37,937 nt of DNA, from positions 1 through 37,937 of IMG/VR virus record IMGVR_UViG_3300037515_000363; one strand, 5' to 3'. Below, piece after piece: positions 16,044 through 26,289 of the stretch. Under the pieces are notes generated by a model. It saw only the letters and a list, made by a program, of their open reading frames with translations. It did no database searches and was not told the origin of the DNA. A program made the translations under genes and the position numbers. Source of the DNA: a virus. Its lineage: Duplodnaviria; Caudoviricetes. Position 1 is the first letter of the stretch; the number at the start of each line of letters is the position of its first letter.

Positions 16044-17509
16044 ATGAAACCGCATCTAAAGGTCCTGAACGCAAAACCCGCAGTGTGCAAGGCAGCCATA
16101 AGCGCTATGCATTGGCGGCACAAGGCTTGAAAGGCCCCCGCCTTGGGGGGTTGACGCTTAGCATTAACGAAGAATTACGCCGTGATTTAGGCGCGATTAA
16201 GGCTCAAAGCCGCCGAGCGGGTAACGATGATGGCTATGTCGTTAAGTTTTTGGCTATGTGCGAGACGCATGTGGTTGGCCCCGAGGGGTTCTCGTTTCAA
16301 AGTAAGGCGCAAATTTTCACTGGTAATGCTGATGACACCGCCGCCAACGACTTGATCGAAGAACATTTTAAAGATTGGGGCAAAAAGGGTTGTTGCGATG
16401 TAACAGGCCGTTTTAGTTGGCAAGACCTGCAAATGTTGTTTATCAGAACCGTCGCGGAAGACGGTGAAATCCTGGTGCGGTTAGTTGAAGGGTTTCCGAA
16501 TAAATATGGGTTTGCGTTGCAACTACTGGACAGCGCTCACTTAGATATTAATTACAACCGTGAGTTAAAGGATGGCCGCATTCGCATGGGGGTTGAAGTT
16601 GATGAATGGGACAGGCCAGTGGCTTATCACATTTTGACGCAGCACCCTGGCGACAGGGTTTATTTCTACGGCAATGCTCGTTATGAGCGCATTCCTGCAA
16701 GTGAAATGCTGTTGGAGTTTTTACCACTGCGAGTGGGGCAACTACGGGGTGTGCCCTGGGCTCATGCAGCACTACTTGAAATGCATCACTTGCATGGCTA
16801 CCGAGAAGCTGAATTGACCGGCGCCAGAATCGCGGCATCAAAGATGATTGCTTACGAGCCGGACTCCGATGTTGAACCCGAAGATGACACCGAGGAACCC
16901 GACTTTGTAGAAGAAGTTGAGCCTGGCATGTCAGTAGTTGTTCCTTACGGCTACTCACTAAAAGAGCTTAATTTCAATCAGTCAGGCAGCAATTTTGCGT
17001 CTTATATGAAAGAAGGTAAGCGCGGTGCCGCAAGCGGTTTAGATGTGAGTTACAACACGTTAGCAAACGATGGAGAGGGTATTAGCTTTTCTAGTTTGCG
17101 CCAGTTTGTACTCGAAGACCGTGATGGTTGGAAGAAGAAACAGCGCTGGATGCGCCAAGCGTTCTGTGACGTGGTGAAGTCAACTTGGCTGCGAATGTCT
17201 TTACTCACCGGCGCCATAAAGGGTTTGCGGTTTAGTGAACTAGAGCGACTTGATAAGCATTGTTTTCAGGGCCGCCGATGGGATTGGGTTGACCCGTTAA
17301 AAGACGAGAAAGCCAATACCGAAGCCATTAACAACATGACGAAATCCCCGTTCCAAATTATCAGAGAACGGGGTGATGACCCTGAAACGGTCATTAAAGA
17401 GTTAATTGAGTTTGAAGGCCGAATTGCTGAGGTGCGCAAAGCTCGCGCTGCAGCACTGCAACAACAAGGGAATCAAGATGCCAGCAAAGAAAAAGAGCAA
17501 AACTCTTAA
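16040..17509 (+). CDS. Portal protein (lambda family)
   Basis: DGEILVR, IRMGVE.D...RPVAY, QLRGVP, SFSSLR and WVDPLKD motifs. Confidence 0.93.
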   Translation: MNETASKGPERKTRSVQGSHKRYALAAQGLKGPRLGGLTLSINEELRRDLGAIKAQSRRAGNDDGYVVKFLAMCETHVVGPEGFSFQSKAQIFTGNADDTAANDLIEEHFKDWGKKGCCDVTGRFSWQDLQMLFIRTVAEDGEILVRLVEGFPNKYGFALQLLDSAHLDINYNRELKDGRIRMGVEVDEWDRPVAYHILTQHPGDRVYFYGNARYERIPASEMLLEFLPLRVGQLRGVPWAHAALLEMHHLHGYREAELTGARIAASKMIAYEPDSDVEPEDDTEEPDFVEEVEPGMSVVVPYGYSLKELNFNQSGSNFASYMKEGKRGAASGLDVSYNTLANDGEGISFSSLRQFVLEDRDGWKKKQRWMRQAFCDVVKSTWLRMSLLTGAIKGLRFSELERLDKHCFQGRRWDWVDPLKDEKANTEAINNMTKSPFQIIRERGDDPETVIKELIEFEGRIAEVRKARAAALQQQGNQDASKEKEQNS

Positions 17510-19334
17510 ACTTGGCCGCCAGTTTCGAAACCTTACCTTTGTCCGTGAATCCGTCGATGTCGAAAACCGCACCGTTGAATTGAGTTTCTCTAGCGAGGAA
17601 CCCGTTGAGCGTTGGTTTGGTATGGAAATTCTTGGACATGCGCCTGGTGAGTGTGATTTGTCGAGACTGAATAATAGCGGCGCGTTCCTTATGGATCACA
17701 ACACTCGTGACCAACGTGGAGCGATTGAAAGCGCCATTATCGACAACAAGAAAGGTAGAGCCATTATTCGCTTATCCAATAGCGTACGTGGCGAAGAATT
17801 ATGGCAAGACCTAAAGGACGGTATCCGGCCGCATATCAGCGTTGGGTACCGTATTTTGGAGATCCTCCACGTTAAGCGAGATGAAAACGGGGTTGATTGG
17901 TATCGGGCGACCAAATGGCAGCCCTATGAAATTTCATCTGTATCTGTGCCAGCTGACACTTCAGTGGGGTTAGGCCGAAGTGATGATAACGACGACACAA
18001 CTGATTTTAACATTGAACTAAGAGAGTTAGGTATGGACCCAGAAGATGATGTTTTAGAACAAGAACAAGAACAAACCCGCGTTCAAAAGCCTGCCGGTAA
18101 GCCACGCGCAAAAGCGCCAGCTGTGGCAGTCGATGAAGCAGCAGTGCGTAAGTTAGAAACTGAACGTTGCCAAGAAATCATGGCTATGGGTTCACAATTC
18201 GGTATGGGCCGCGAAGCTCAAGAAGCCGTACAAAATGGCGATGCAGTTGATAAATTTCGTCAATTAGTACTTGACGGTGTGCGTGATAAGAAAGTTAAGC
18301 CCACTGGAACAGAAATGAACCTAGGCTTAAACGATAAAGATGTTCGCCGTTACAGCTTGATTAATGCGGTTCGCGCCAGTATCACCAACAACTGGAAAGG
18401 TGCAGGTTTTGAGCGTGAAATCTCTGTCGCTCTGGCAGATAAGATGGGCAAAGATGCTCGCGGCTTTTACGTCAACTATGAAGTATTGGCGCAACTGGGC
18501 CGTGCCGCTCAATCAACTGCTGCAGGTGTGGGTGGTGAATTAGTTGCAACTGATTTGTGGAGCAGCCAATTTATTGATCTGCTGCGTCCTAACTCGATTG
18601 CCGCCGGCTTAGGTGTACGTTTTGCGACGGGTTTGGTTGGTAACGTAGATATCCCGAAAATGACGAGTGGCTCTTCTTTCTACTGGATTGATGAAGACGA
18701 AGACGGTACTGAGTCAAATGTGGGTTTGGGCATCATTAAGATGTCACCGAAGACCATTGCCGGTGCAGTGCCGATTACTCGCCGTCTGATGCAGCAATCC
18801 ACGCCAGATATTGATTTACTGGTGCGTGATGAAATGCTGCGCGGTATCGGTCTGGGTATTGATAAGGCGGTGTTCCTCGGAACGGGCCTCAATAACCAGC
18901 CACTGGGTATCAAAAACCAGACGGGTGTGCATGCGATTCAAATCCCTGCAGGCGGTTGGGACTGGAAGACCATCGTGGCGTTTGAAACCGCCGTGGCCGA
19001 GTCTAACGCATTGGCTGCTAACATGGCTTACGCCATGCGCCCATCATTGCGTGGAATCCTAAAAACCACAGAAAAGGCGGCTGGAACGGCTAAGTACCTG
19101 TGGGATGGCGACCAGGTTAACGGTTATCCAGGTGTGGTATCCACTCAGCTTGAAACCGATGCCATGTTGCACGGTGACTTTAGCCAGGCACTGGTCGGCA
19201 TGTGGGGTGCTCTTGACCTGACCGTTGATAAGTCAACCAAGGCTGCTAGCGGTGGTACTGTGCTGCGCGTGTTCCAGGATGCAGACGTTGCTATCCGCCA
19301 TGGTGCTGCCTTTGCCTACGGCAAGAAAGTGTAA
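17478..19334 (+). CDS. Fused prohead protease and HK97-fold major capsid protein
   Basis: N-terminal LMDH, ISVGY and EISSVSVPAD protease motifs; C-terminal GGELV, PKTIAGAVPITRRL and HGDFS capsid motifs; ATG 17478 with RBS. Confidence 0.9.
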   Translation: MPAKKKSKTLKLGRQFRNLTFVRESVDVENRTVELSFSSEEPVERWFGMEILGHAPGECDLSRLNNSGAFLMDHNTRDQRGAIESAIIDNKKGRAIIRLSNSVRGEELWQDLKDGIRPHISVGYRILEILHVKRDENGVDWYRATKWQPYEISSVSVPADTSVGLGRSDDNDDTTDFNIELRELGMDPEDDVLEQEQEQTRVQKPAGKPRAKAPAVAVDEAAVRKLETERCQEIMAMGSQFGMGREAQEAVQNGDAVDKFRQLVLDGVRDKKVKPTGTEMNLGLNDKDVRRYSLINAVRASITNNWKGAGFEREISVALADKMGKDARGFYVNYEVLAQLGRAAQSTAAGVGGELVATDLWSSQFIDLLRPNSIAAGLGVRFATGLVGNVDIPKMTSGSSFYWIDEDEDGTESNVGLGIIKMSPKTIAGAVPITRRLMQQSTPDIDLLVRDEMLRGIGLGIDKAVFLGTGLNNQPLGIKNQTGVHAIQIPAGGWDWKTIVAFETAVAESNALAANMAYAMRPSLRGILKTTEKAAGTAKYLWDGDQVNGYPGVVSTQLETDAMLHGDFSQALVGMWGALDLTVDKSTKAASGGTVLRVFQDADVAIRHGAAFAYGKKV

Positions 19335-19349
19335 TAACCCTTAAGTTAC

Positions 19350-19371
19350 GGCGCCCATGAGGCGCCTTTTT
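19350..19371 (+). terminator. Terminator after the capsid gene
   Basis: GGCGCC-CATGA-GGCGCC-TTTTT. Confidence 0.7.
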
Positions 19372-19386
19372 ATATCTGGAGTGAAC

Positions 19387-19635
19387 ATGAAAGTTCAAAT
19401 TATTTCTGGCGTGATGATCCGTGGTACCGCTGTCTTTCTAAAGACAGGCGAAGGTAAGAGCGAGGTGGATTCTGTCGTAGAAGTCAGCAAAGCAGAAGCT
19501 CGTGATTTAGTACGTGCCGGTCAGGCTAAAGTGGTTAAGGACTCAACCAAGGTCACCGTTGAAATCAAAGACCCAGAAGGCGAAGCCGATGCGCTTGATG
19601 ATTTCTTCGGTGAAGAAGAAGAGACAGAAGAGTGA
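19387..19635 (+). CDS. Small head-associated protein (possibly FI-like packaging chaperone)
   Basis: GGAG RBS; EARDLVRAGQAK; acidic tail; follows the capsid gene. Confidence 0.6.
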   Translation: MKVQIISGVMIRGTAVFLKTGEGKSEVDSVVEVSKAEARDLVRAGQAKVVKDSTKVTVEIKDPEGEADALDDFFGEEEETEE

Positions 19636-19973
19636 TAGGCGCCAATGACTTTGGAGTGTTCTTTAACTCCAAAGACTTCGGTACGCCAGCCATCCTGCAT
19701 CTATCAAGCGGAAATAATCCTGTTGTGGGGATTTACAAAAATCCACAGCAGACGGCCAAGCTGAAAGGTGGCGGTTTTGTTGAGGGTAATAACGCTTCCC
19801 TATTGCTGTCAGATAGTGATGCAGCAGGGCTTAACATTCGGGATTGTGTGACCGTAGCCGGCAGTGAGTGGCAACTGGTGAAGCAACCCGTATCAGAAGG
19901 TTCAGGTCTGACTCGGGTTTATCTTGGAGTCAAAGATGGCAAACAAACAATCAGGCCTGCTATTCGATATTGA
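19632..19973 (+). CDS. Head-tail joining protein (FII-like)
   Basis: FFNSKDFGTPA N-terminus; size and synteny. Confidence 0.65.
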   Translation: MIGANDFGVFFNSKDFGTPAILHLSSGNNPVVGIYKNPQQTAKLKGGGFVEGNNASLLLSDSDAAGLNIRDCVTVAGSEWQLVKQPVSEGSGLTRVYLGVKDGKQTIRPAIRY

Positions 19974-20565
19974 CCTTATAGAGCTGCAGGCGGCTCAGGA
20001 TAAATTGGAAGCGACCGACTGGCAACTGAATGCAGCGTATAACCGTGCGATTGCGAGAACGGCTGTCACCATGAAGTCTCAGGGTTCTAAGTTGTTGCGA
20101 AACGGCATGGACGCTAAGAGCCTGAAGGAGGTTCGTAAGCGTATGCAGACACATCAAAGCCCTTTCAAAATCACTCAGGATGACAGAAATTTTAATGAGT
20201 TGAAATTGTGGTTTGGTTTGAATGATATGTCTATCGGCCGCCTAAAAGGTAGGGTGTCAAGATTAGGAAGAAAACGCTCTCCAGTTGGCGCAGCTTTTAC
20301 CTCTAAAAAGTTAGCAAAGACTGAATACCAGGATGGTTTTGTTGGCAGAGTACGTGGCAAGCGTTCCATTTTCGCCCGTAAAGGTGCAGCAAGATTCCCT
20401 GTCCGTGAAAAGAAAGTAGCAGTGTCTGATGCTGTTCACATTGAGTTGGAAGATGAGATTTTTGTAAATCTACCTGATGTGTTTATGAGGCACTTTACTA
20501 CAGACCTTAAGAGCAGAGTTGTTGCAGGCAATATTATTGCTGGCCATCAACGAAAATGGAAGTAA
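19936..20565 (+). CDS. Neck/minor tail protein (gpZ-like)
   Basis: Basic protein; RAIARTA and IFARKGAARFPV; synteny. Confidence 0.65.
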   Translation: MANKQSGLLFDIDLIELQAAQDKLEATDWQLNAAYNRAIARTAVTMKSQGSKLLRNGMDAKSLKEVRKRMQTHQSPFKITQDDRNFNELKLWFGLNDMSIGRLKGRVSRLGRKRSPVGAAFTSKKLAKTEYQDGFVGRVRGKRSIFARKGAARFPVREKKVAVSDAVHIELEDEIFVNLPDVFMRHFTTDLKSRVVAGNIIAGHQRKWK

Positions 20566-20569
20566 TGAC

Positions 20570-21103
20570 ATGAGCAAAGGCATACACCTAACGGAATATC
20601 ACGAGGCGGTGCGCCTTTGGCTCAAATCTAAGGCGCCATGGCTCAAGGGGGTCGAGTATTACCCTGAGATTACCGACACCCTAGAAACGCCTTGTGCTTT
20701 TATCTCAGTGATGGGATGGGAACCTGTTGGTGAGCAGCCTGGTAATGGTCAGTTGGCTGTCAATTTGCACTGTGAAGTGCTGGCAGTCATGGGCGTAAAA
20801 GAGAGCACTTATCAGCTTGATGCCCGTAATGCGGCCATGTTTCTCAGTGTGGTCCTGCAGGACACTAACTTTGGCCTAAAAGCTATGCCGGCTAAAGTCG
20901 TCAGCGCCGACCCAGATGCATTAGATCCTGAGCTTGATGCCTATTCCGTGTGGTCAATCAAATACGTGCAGAAAGTTACCATCGGCATGCCAACGCTGGA
21001 GCCTGATGAAGAACGGGGCATACGCCTGGCAGTGAATCCGGTAAACATGGATGACCATGCCGAATATCACCCACTGGAGGACTTCAATGAGGCAGATGCT
21101 TGA
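20570..21103 (+). CDS. Tail terminator/completion protein
   Basis: Synteny; TPCAFI...VWSIKYVQ. Confidence 0.55.
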   Translation: MSKGIHLTEYHEAVRLWLKSKAPWLKGVEYYPEITDTLETPCAFISVMGWEPVGEQPGNGQLAVNLHCEVLAVMGVKESTYQLDARNAAMFLSVVLQDTNFGLKAMPAKVVSADPDALDPELDAYSVWSIKYVQKVTIGMPTLEPDEERGIRLAVNPVNMDDHAEYHPLEDFNEADA

Positions 21104-21692
21104 AATTCTGGTGCGTGAAATGCTTGCGCCATATCTTGATCGTATTGAAGAGCTAAGCACTGAGGTGGAAGAACTACGCCGGCGCCAGCAACTCATGATC
21201 CGTTTGGGTTGTGTCAGTGAAATACACGGAAGCAATAAACTGGTCAAGGTCAAGCATGGCGACCTGACCACTCCTTTTATTAAGTGGTTTGCTCAATCTG
21301 CAGGGCGGGTATCTCATTACCGTTGCCCTACTAAAGGCGAGCAGGCACTCATTTTGAATTTTGGCGGCGGTAACACCGGCGCCCAGAGCATTGCGCTGGT
21401 TGGTATAGATTCCAGCCAGTTCCCTTTCCCTGCTGATAACCCTAAACAAGTGGTTACGGCCTACGGGGATAAGTGTGCAGAGATATGGGACATGGATGCC
21501 GGCACCTTGATATTAAAGGCGAGCGAGAAGATCACCCTCGATACCAGGCAGGTTTATGCGACTAAGGACGTCAAGGCTGATGGCGAGGTCAGCGATCACA
21601 CGCGCAGCATGCAAGATGATCGCAATATTTATAATGGACATACGCATCCAACTGGCAATCCTAATACGAGTACACCTAACGAGACGAAATAG
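21087..21692 (+). CDS. Baseplate spike (P2 gpV-like)
   Basis: MIRLG.V, PTKGEQ, and C-terminal YNGHTH iron-binding motif. Confidence 0.88.
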   Translation: MRQMLEILVREMLAPYLDRIEELSTEVEELRRRQQLMIRLGCVSEIHGSNKLVKVKHGDLTTPFIKWFAQSAGRVSHYRCPTKGEQALILNFGGGNTGAQSIALVGIDSSQFPFPADNPKQVVTAYGDKCAEIWDMDAGTLILKASEKITLDTRQVYATKDVKADGEVSDHTRSMQDDRNIYNGHTHPTGNPNTSTPNETK

Positions 21693-21694
21693 CG

Positions 21695-22354
21695 ATGAAC
21701 ATTGATTTATTTAAAAAAATCCAATCAGGAGGTCTGACTTTTTCGAGTCCATCTATCGGCGTGGGTAATCAAGCTATTTCGGCGGTAAATCAAGCCGACA
21801 ATGCATTAAGGCCATTAGAAAATTTAGGCGTTGTTAATCCTGGCATTCTAGCTAGTACGCGCCAGCTATTGAGTTCTGCAAATGGCAGCCTACTTGGTAA
21901 CGTGTCTCAAATAACAGCCATGTCAAATGACACATTACGGCTTTCATCTATGGCGCAGCAAGCCAATAAACTCGACGCATTGACTAATCAAGTGCCGTCT
22001 AGCTGCTTCAATACCGAGGCATTATTTGCAACGGTTAACGGTGCATGTGACGAGTTTTTTAATGCGATTGGTGATGCTGCAAATAGCATCGTTGAAAAAG
22101 TTGCGGCTTACTTTTCAGGTTCAATGTCATCGTCCGTTTTAGAAAGTTTTTTGTCCAGCATTGCGGAAATGTTTCACTCTGCACTGAGCAGTATTGCTGA
22201 TCGTTTTTCAGCAGAGCAAAGTTTCTTAACTGATATGAAAAATAAACTGATGGCATCGTCATTGGCACAATCTATTGAAGCCCTATGGAACAATGACTGT
22301 ACCCGCGCAGCGTTAGACATGACCTTGCCTGACAATATAAAGGCGCTTCTATGA
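21695..22354 (+). CDS. Hypothetical protein between the gpV- and gpW-like genes
   Basis: 219-aa ORF tightly coupled to both neighbours; Ser/Ala-rich, helical. Confidence 0.7.
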   Translation: MNIDLFKKIQSGGLTFSSPSIGVGNQAISAVNQADNALRPLENLGVVNPGILASTRQLLSSANGSLLGNVSQITAMSNDTLRLSSMAQQANKLDALTNQVPSSCFNTEALFATVNGACDEFFNAIGDAANSIVEKVAAYFSGSMSSSVLESFLSSIAEMFHSALSSIADRFSAEQSFLTDMKNKLMASSLAQSIEALWNNDCTRAALDMTLPDNIKALL

Positions 22355-22695
22355 TAGGTATCGACCGGAGATCAGGCCGTAAAATCGACGGCATAGAACA
22401 GCTGGTTAGTCGCATTATTCAAGTAATGACAACACCGCTAACAGGTCGAGCAAAGCGTCCAAAGTTTGGTAGCCGAGTTCGCGAAACATTAGCTGAGAAT
22501 ATGTCAGATAGCCTGTTGGTCAAGGCGCAAAGTTTTGCTATTGAGGCTTTTTATAATCCGGCAAATGGGCTGAAGGATTTTATTCCTAGCCGTTGCGTAG
22601 CCAAACGCCATGACACAGGACTTGATTTGTATTTTGAGGGCACTTGGCATGGGCGTTCTATAAAGTTTGAGGTGCCAGTCAATGTTTCCACATGA
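22351..22695 (+). CDS. Baseplate wedge protein (gpW/gp25-like)
   Basis: MIGIDRRSG...MTTPLTGRAKRPKFGS. Confidence 0.85.
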   Translation: MIGIDRRSGRKIDGIEQLVSRIIQVMTTPLTGRAKRPKFGSRVRETLAENMSDSLLVKAQSFAIEAFYNPANGLKDFIPSRCVAKRHDTGLDLYFEGTWHGRSIKFEVPVNVST

Positions 22696-23683
22696 AAATC
22701 CATTACCTAAGCCGGACATCATTACCACGCCAGTGTTTGAGATATTACTGGCAAACGTGAAAGCTGATGTATTGGCTTATCTTGAGCAGAACGCACCTTG
22801 GGATGTGGCTGCAGTAAGAGAGACATTCAATAATGAAGCTGAGATTTTAACCAAGATTACTGAGGCTTTTGCAGTTATCTTGCAAAGCGTCACCCGCCGG
22901 ATGAATGCGCAGGCATTACAAATGTTCGGCATGTATGCCACTGACACCTCCATGGTTGATTTGATCGCCAGCCAATTAGGTGTCACTCGTTTAATTTTGT
23001 CCCCTGGTGACCCTAACTCATATCCGCAAGTGCCACCAGTGATGGAAAGTAATGAGGCATTATTAACCCGTTACTATCTTGCCGCCTACGCTTTGGCAAG
23101 CACAGGCACACGGTCGGGTTATCGTTTTCATGCAATGACCTTGGGTGGTCGTCCGACTGTGCGCGTCGAAAGTCCGACAAAGAATAAAGTCATCGTGACC
23201 TATGAATTTACTGAGCATGACGATGCAGGAAAAACGAAGGATGCTCAAGCAAGAAAGGTGGAACCTGGCACAGTGGATTGCTACATCTTGTCCCATGATG
23301 GCGACGGTATGCCTGACCAACATTTAATTGATGTTTCGCAGCAGTATTTAGAACGTGACGACATAGCGCAAGAGACCGACTTGGTGACAGTAAAGCGGCC
23401 GACAATCCCTCGGTGGCAATGCCGTGCCGTTTTACATCTGCGTCCTGGTCCAGATAAAGCCATGGTTAAGTTAGCGGCTGAAAAAGCGGTGAAGGAATAC
23501 GCATTTAGTCAACATCGTTTGGGCGGTAGTATCGAGCCATCAATGATTTACAGCGTATTACTTAAATCAACGGGGGCTCACAGAGCCGACTTAATAGAAC
23601 CTGTTCAGCCGTTGCGCTGTACGTACCGTGAGGCGCCGTATCTTGAGTCAATCAACATTACCGTCAGCACTGAAAACTTATAG
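22682..23683 (+). CDS. Baseplate J-like protein
   Basis: MESNEALLTR, STGTRSGYRFHA, TDLVTV, HRLG. Confidence 0.88.
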   Translation: MFPHENPLPKPDIITTPVFEILLANVKADVLAYLEQNAPWDVAAVRETFNNEAEILTKITEAFAVILQSVTRRMNAQALQMFGMYATDTSMVDLIASQLGVTRLILSPGDPNSYPQVPPVMESNEALLTRYYLAAYALASTGTRSGYRFHAMTLGGRPTVRVESPTKNKVIVTYEFTEHDDAGKTKDAQARKVEPGTVDCYILSHDGDGMPDQHLIDVSQQYLERDDIAQETDLVTVKRPTIPRWQCRAVLHLRPGPDKAMVKLAAEKAVKEYAFSQHRLGGSIEPSMIYSVLLKSTGAHRADLIEPVQPLRCTYREAPYLESINITVSTENL

Positions 23684-24407
23684 CGTTCTACCTGATAACC
23701 GCAGTCCGTTAGAGCGCGGATTAGAATTGGCATTGAGCGAGCAGCTTTATGCTATTAAGCAGCCTTATCCAGAGTTATTGAATGCGGCTAAAGCGCCGAT
23801 AAACATCGTCACATACTTAGCGAGTGAACGTCAATTACCGGTTTGGGACTCTACAGACCCAGAATCTACACAGAGAAAGTTAACCGGAAACGCTTGGCAG
23901 GTTAGACGTTTAAGTGGGACTCGTTCCGGTTTAAAGATGGCACTTGAGTCGCTAGATTTTCTCAGCGAAGTGAAACCTTGGTATCAGCAAGTACCGCAAG
24001 CTGCACCATATCATTTGTCCATCATTGCATGGGAAAAGGGCAATAAGCCCGTCAATGTGAGTAATGTTCATAAGCTATTAGCTTACATAAATGACAGTAA
24101 ATCTGAGCGTGATGTGATTGAGCTTTCGCTGATGTTCGGTGTTGAGACTCAGCTTAGTCTTGCCGGAGCAGCTGCACCGCCAACGAACGTCAATAAGAAG
24201 CTGGCGAGTGCAGCTTTATGGCCCATGCCAGCCGCCAGCATTAGCGTTGCCGTTGGTGGTGGCATTTCTCCAGGTATCAATATTCAGCCGTTAAATTTAT
24301 TGGCTATTGTGCCAGTGATTAGTGGTTATGCCCAAGTGGGCATTACTGCAGCGGCTGGTCACTATAGTATTTCAGTCTCAGCCATTAGCGCGAGCGCAGT
24401 AACATAA
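23628..24407 (+). CDS. Baseplate/tail protein I (P2 gpI-like)
   Basis: LPDNRSPLERGL, YLASER...WD, GTRSGLK.AL; start uncertain. Confidence 0.82.
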   Translation: MRRRILSQSTLPSALKTYSVLPDNRSPLERGLELALSEQLYAIKQPYPELLNAAKAPINIVTYLASERQLPVWDSTDPESTQRKLTGNAWQVRRLSGTRSGLKMALESLDFLSEVKPWYQQVPQAAPYHLSIIAWEKGNKPVNVSNVHKLLAYINDSKSERDVIELSLMFGVETQLSLAGAAAPPTNVNKKLASAALWPMPAASISVAVGGGISPGINIQPLNLLAIVPVISGYAQVGITAAAGHYSISVSAISASAVT

Positions 24408-24416
24408 GGCAATCAG

Positions 24417-24944
24417 ATGGACGAACTTAAATTAGTTATCACTACCAAAGGGTTAAATGAGTGTATCAGCGCCAAATCCAAAGGGATTAAAGCTGAACTT
24501 CAATGGGTTTCGGTTGGTGACAGAGCCTACACACCGAATAAAGACCAGACTACGCTGCAGAATGAATTACAGCGCGTTGAATTTGGAGAATATAAAGACA
24601 CCGGAGACTCGACTTTACGAGCGGCTGCCAAGTTCAGCGGTCCGCAAGAATACCCTATTCGTGAGATTGGCTTCTGGCTTGCCAGTGGCACCCTGTTTGG
24701 GGTTATTTCCGCGCCCAATACCACGCTGAACTACAAGCCTAAAAATGGCAATTGCATTCAGCCGTTAACGCTGAATTTGTCAGCACTGCCTAGCAATACG
24801 GTTACCGTCGTCGTGGGTACTGAAAACCTCAACATCTTAATTGACGAAGAATTTATTAAGATGGCCATCGCTCAGGTAGACACAATGCACCGGCAAATCC
24901 AGCAAGAGTTTCGTTTGCTGGATTTGGAAAAGAAACATGCCTAA
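24417..24944 (+). CDS. Tail-collar/fibre N-terminal attachment-domain protein
   Basis: ITTKG, VGD, LQNE and IREIGFW...GTLF, typical of P2 gpH N-termini. Confidence 0.75.
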   Translation: MDELKLVITTKGLNECISAKSKGIKAELQWVSVGDRAYTPNKDQTTLQNELQRVEFGEYKDTGDSTLRAAAKFSGPQEYPIREIGFWLASGTLFGVISAPNTTLNYKPKNGNCIQPLTLNLSALPSNTVTVVVGTENLNILIDEEFIKMAIAQVDTMHRQIQQEFRLLDLEKKHA

Positions 24945-24953
24945 GGGGGGCGT

Positions 24954-25319
24954 ATGGACGAACAAGAGCTGCCCCTGGTCACTGGCACTACCTTCGACTT
25001 TGAGTTGACGTGGGAGACTGAAAACGAAGCCGGCGTGCTGCAACCTGTGGACATTACCGGTTGCAGTATCACCCTGCAGGTGCGTAGTTCAGTCAGTAAT
25101 GCCTTGCTGGTTAGCTGCACAAGTCTGGCGGGTGACATTACTGTGACCGAGCCTACCAAGGGCCGTATGGCCATACATATCAGCCCAGAGAAAACCGCTG
25201 GCCAACAGGCTGATGCGTGGCAGGATGCGCACTGGGAAGTGCGGGTCACTTTTTCAAGCGGTGATGCTTACAGCCTGGTACGCGGTTGGGCGCGGTTGAC
25301 GGTGGGAGCAGTGCAATGA
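24954..25319 (+). CDS. Tail/baseplate accessory beta-sandwich protein
   Basis: GTTF...PVDITG...LQVR...G.M.I.ISPEKT pattern common in phage tail regions. Confidence 0.6.
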   Translation: MDEQELPLVTGTTFDFELTWETENEAGVLQPVDITGCSITLQVRSSVSNALLVSCTSLAGDITVTEPTKGRMAIHISPEKTAGQQADAWQDAHWEVRVTFSSGDAYSLVRGWARLTVGAVQ

Positions 25320-25621
25320 ATAACCTCAACCGTATAACGCTGCGCCATACCGTTCGGCAAGTGGTGAGAATGGATATTGGTGGCAATCAGGTCACCATTA
25401 AGCAGCTTAGCCGACCACGGCTTAATGTCGTATCTATCGGCGTTCAAGGGCCTGTCGGCACCGTGGCTGAAAGCGTGTTGACCATGGCGCAGCAGGCACA
25501 GCATGCAGCCGTTATGGCAAGCGAAAAGGCCGAGCAGGTAAGCCAAGCGCAGTTGGGTATGGTTAGCGGTATGAGCCTAACGCTGGATCATTATATTGGC
25601 GCCATTGGCGCCCAGGAGTAA
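25316..25621 (+). CDS. Hypothetical tail-region protein
   Basis: ATGA overlap with the upstream gene; GVQGPVG. Confidence 0.6.
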   Translation: MNNLNRITLRHTVRQVVRMDIGGNQVTIKQLSRPRLNVVSIGVQGPVGTVAESVLTMAQQAQHAAVMASEKAEQVSQAQLGMVSGMSLTLDHYIGAIGAQE

Positions 25622-25624
25622 CTC

Positions 25625-26278
25625 ATGGCTGAACCCCAAACGCCAATAGACATCATGCTGAGTAAGCTCAGTCAACTGCTTGGCACTATTGACGGAAAGC
25701 TGCGCAACAAGTTAAGCAAATCAGGCGGCACTATAGATTATTTGACTGTCACCAATCGCCTAGCCGCCACCGCCGATTATGCCCATGCGCTAAAGGTTGC
25801 CAGACTTTTTAGCCTGACTGGTGATGCCAGTGGCCAAGTCAGTTTCGATGGCAGTGGTGATGTGGAAATTACCGTCAACATAGCTGAGCTTGCCAATAAG
25901 GCTGACAAGGGGGTGACTTACACCAAGGATGAAGTTAACCAGCTTATCCAGAATCTTATCGGTTTGGCGCCGGCTGAGTTGGACACCATTTACGAGCTGG
26001 CAGCAGCGCTTAAGGGCAACCAAGACAGCATTGGTACCATCATTACCACGCTGGCCGCTAAGGCTAATAGCGCCGATGTGTACGACAAAGCAGCCGCCGA
26101 TGCCAGGTATCTAGCAAAAGGCGCTAAGGCCGCCGATACGGCTTTGTTAGAGGGTAAATCGGCTGCGTTCTACGCCAAACAAACGGGACTAGATAGCACT
26201 AATCAGGAACTTAGTAGCCTGATAACCCAATTAACCGCCGCTTTTGATAACGGCACTAATTTAATTAACAGCGTATAA
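25625..26278 (+). CDS. Tail fibre shaft-like protein
   Basis: LTGDASGQVSFDGS and APAELDTIYELAAAL fibre motifs. Confidence 0.75.
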   Translation: MAEPQTPIDIMLSKLSQLLGTIDGKLRNKLSKSGGTIDYLTVTNRLAATADYAHALKVARLFSLTGDASGQVSFDGSGDVEITVNIAELANKADKGVTYTKDEVNQLIQNLIGLAPAELDTIYELAAALKGNQDSIGTIITTLAAKANSADVYDKAAADARYLAKGAKAADTALLEGKSAAFYAKQTGLDSTNQELSSLITQLTAAFDNGTNLINSV

Positions 26279-26289
26279 AAGGAGCACCT

